Source: Octopus sinensis
Lineage: Eukaryota
DNA: 64,000 bases
Assembly (NCBI RefSeq): GCF_006345805.1
Contig: NC_043015.1
Span: 5,208,001-5,272,000, forward strand
Direction of reading: 5' to 3'
Of this stretch, positions 62,561 to 64,000 are shown piece after piece. How positions within the stretch are numbered: position 1 is the first letter of the stretch; each line of letters begins with the position of its first letter. The position numbers were made by a program, and so were the translations under genes. The notes beneath the pieces are model-generated. The model was not told the origin of the DNA. It made no database searches and saw only the letters and a program-made list of their open reading frames with translations.

Positions 62561-64000
62561 GGTATGCGGGTTAACACCGAATTTAAAACCAGGCTGGCTA
62601 AAGGACTCTATCCAACGGGGTTTGGTTGGCAGCGACGCCAAGCACCTTAATGCGAAATTATAATCAATGCCTGATTGGGTCGGATCAAAAATTATTTTGA
62701 TCCTTTGGACCCAATCAGTAAAGTAGTTAGTCTTCCAGACTTTCTAACAATGGCTGGGAGCAGGTACCCGCTGATTCTTGAAGGTCGCCCCCAAGTGTCA
62801 CCACCGTCTGGAACCTGGCCATACAAAAAAGAACTGGCCCCAGGACCAAAGAAATGTCCTGGAGAAGATGGTTGAGACCTCTGTAGAAGAGAGAAGGTAT
62901 GCGGTCGAGGAGGCGTAGAACTCTTCAAAGAAGGACCGCAAGAGCAAGAAGGTTAGCAACAATGGGTGCTCACCGAAGGATCCTAAGGATGAGGGAGGAA
63001 AGGCGGATCTCCCGGTCACGGAGGAAACCCACCCTTTCTCAGGTAAGATGTAAAAAAGAGGAAGGAAAAGAGAAACGGGATATTGCCGACAGTTGGTAAT
63101 ATAATACCGGGATGTCCCGGCGTTTGTGCGTATCAGTAATTTCTTTGCTTATACACTCCTGTGCTAATGATATTTTCCAACCCCCGTTCACATATGACAC
63201 TATTTTCACCCGACTAACAAATGTTACTTATATATCCAGGTAACGAAGCGAAGAATTTATCAACCTTTTTTTGCAGCATTTGTGGAGTTATTTGTAATCA
63301 GATATACTCCCACACATATACACACGCATGTTAGAGTACTAGGAGTTTTACAAGTAAGTATACATATGCTTGTGGCAGAATTTCCATCCATGGTGACACG
63401 CTGGAACGTTCATCGAAATAAACAAAGACGTTCAACAGAAGTTGCTATAAAGACAATATCGGTAGTATTTCAAAGAAAGAATTTCAAGAAATAAAAAAAT
63501 AATAAATAAAAGCTATCTCATTGAAACAGACATTTCCAACTCTACAGGTATAAACGCAAAAGGATGATTGTGCCGTTAGATATATTACCATATAAGTTCA
63601 GATAAGGGTTAAAGAACGCCTCTATCGTAATGCTTCTTCCGTCAAAAACTACCGACGGAAATGCCACGCACAAGACATCGAAGTTTCCATTGAAGCAACT
63701 GGGAGAAATATAGGAAACTTGAAAATAAAGGCAGCTATTTTAGTTAAGTACACTGTGGGAACTAATATCATATCTAAACTTGACGCTACCGATGGATACT
63801 ACAGCAAGGCAAAACGACACTCAAAACACACGTGCGCTCGCACGCATATGCATGCAAACACACACACAGAGTCTACAGAGCATGCTGTAAACATTTTTCT
63901 CCTCGTATAACGTGCTGAATGTATTCTTTGCAGCCTCCGGAAGACTGTGGTTCAAACAGATATTCAACTATCAAATACATGCAGCCCCACAGACACGTAT

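Overview
AT-rich eukaryotic (animal) genomic DNA, dense in (TA)n, (CA)n and (GATA)n microsatellites and interspersed repeats. The tRNA-derived SINEs and repeat style point to an octopus or other cephalopod genome (inference from remembered repeat families). No host protein-coding gene is recognisable, and nearly all ORFs in the track are microsatellite artefacts. Recognisable autonomous-type elements are a near full-length, frameshifted RTE-clade LINE (~47.5-51.4 kb), a decayed mariner with TIRs (32.85-34.29 kb), a 5'-truncated Penelope-like element (PLE) with RT and GIY-YIG remnants (44.1-45.5 kb, minus), a Helentron/HINE-like non-autonomous element and a probable Gypsy relic. The main finding is several unrelated non-coding repeat families that each carry a minimal type I hammerhead ribozyme (HHR) with a palindromic helix III. 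One family forms a 6.3-copy, ~562-bp tandem array with one HHR per unit, a retrozyme-like layout. The others sit in or next to (TA)n as head-to-head foldbacks with both 3' ends pointing outward. One copy has a twin-priming-like inversion whose breakpoint lies exactly at the base of an RNA hairpin. All folds were done by eye, and some near-perfect palindromes and duplications could be long-read assembly artefacts.
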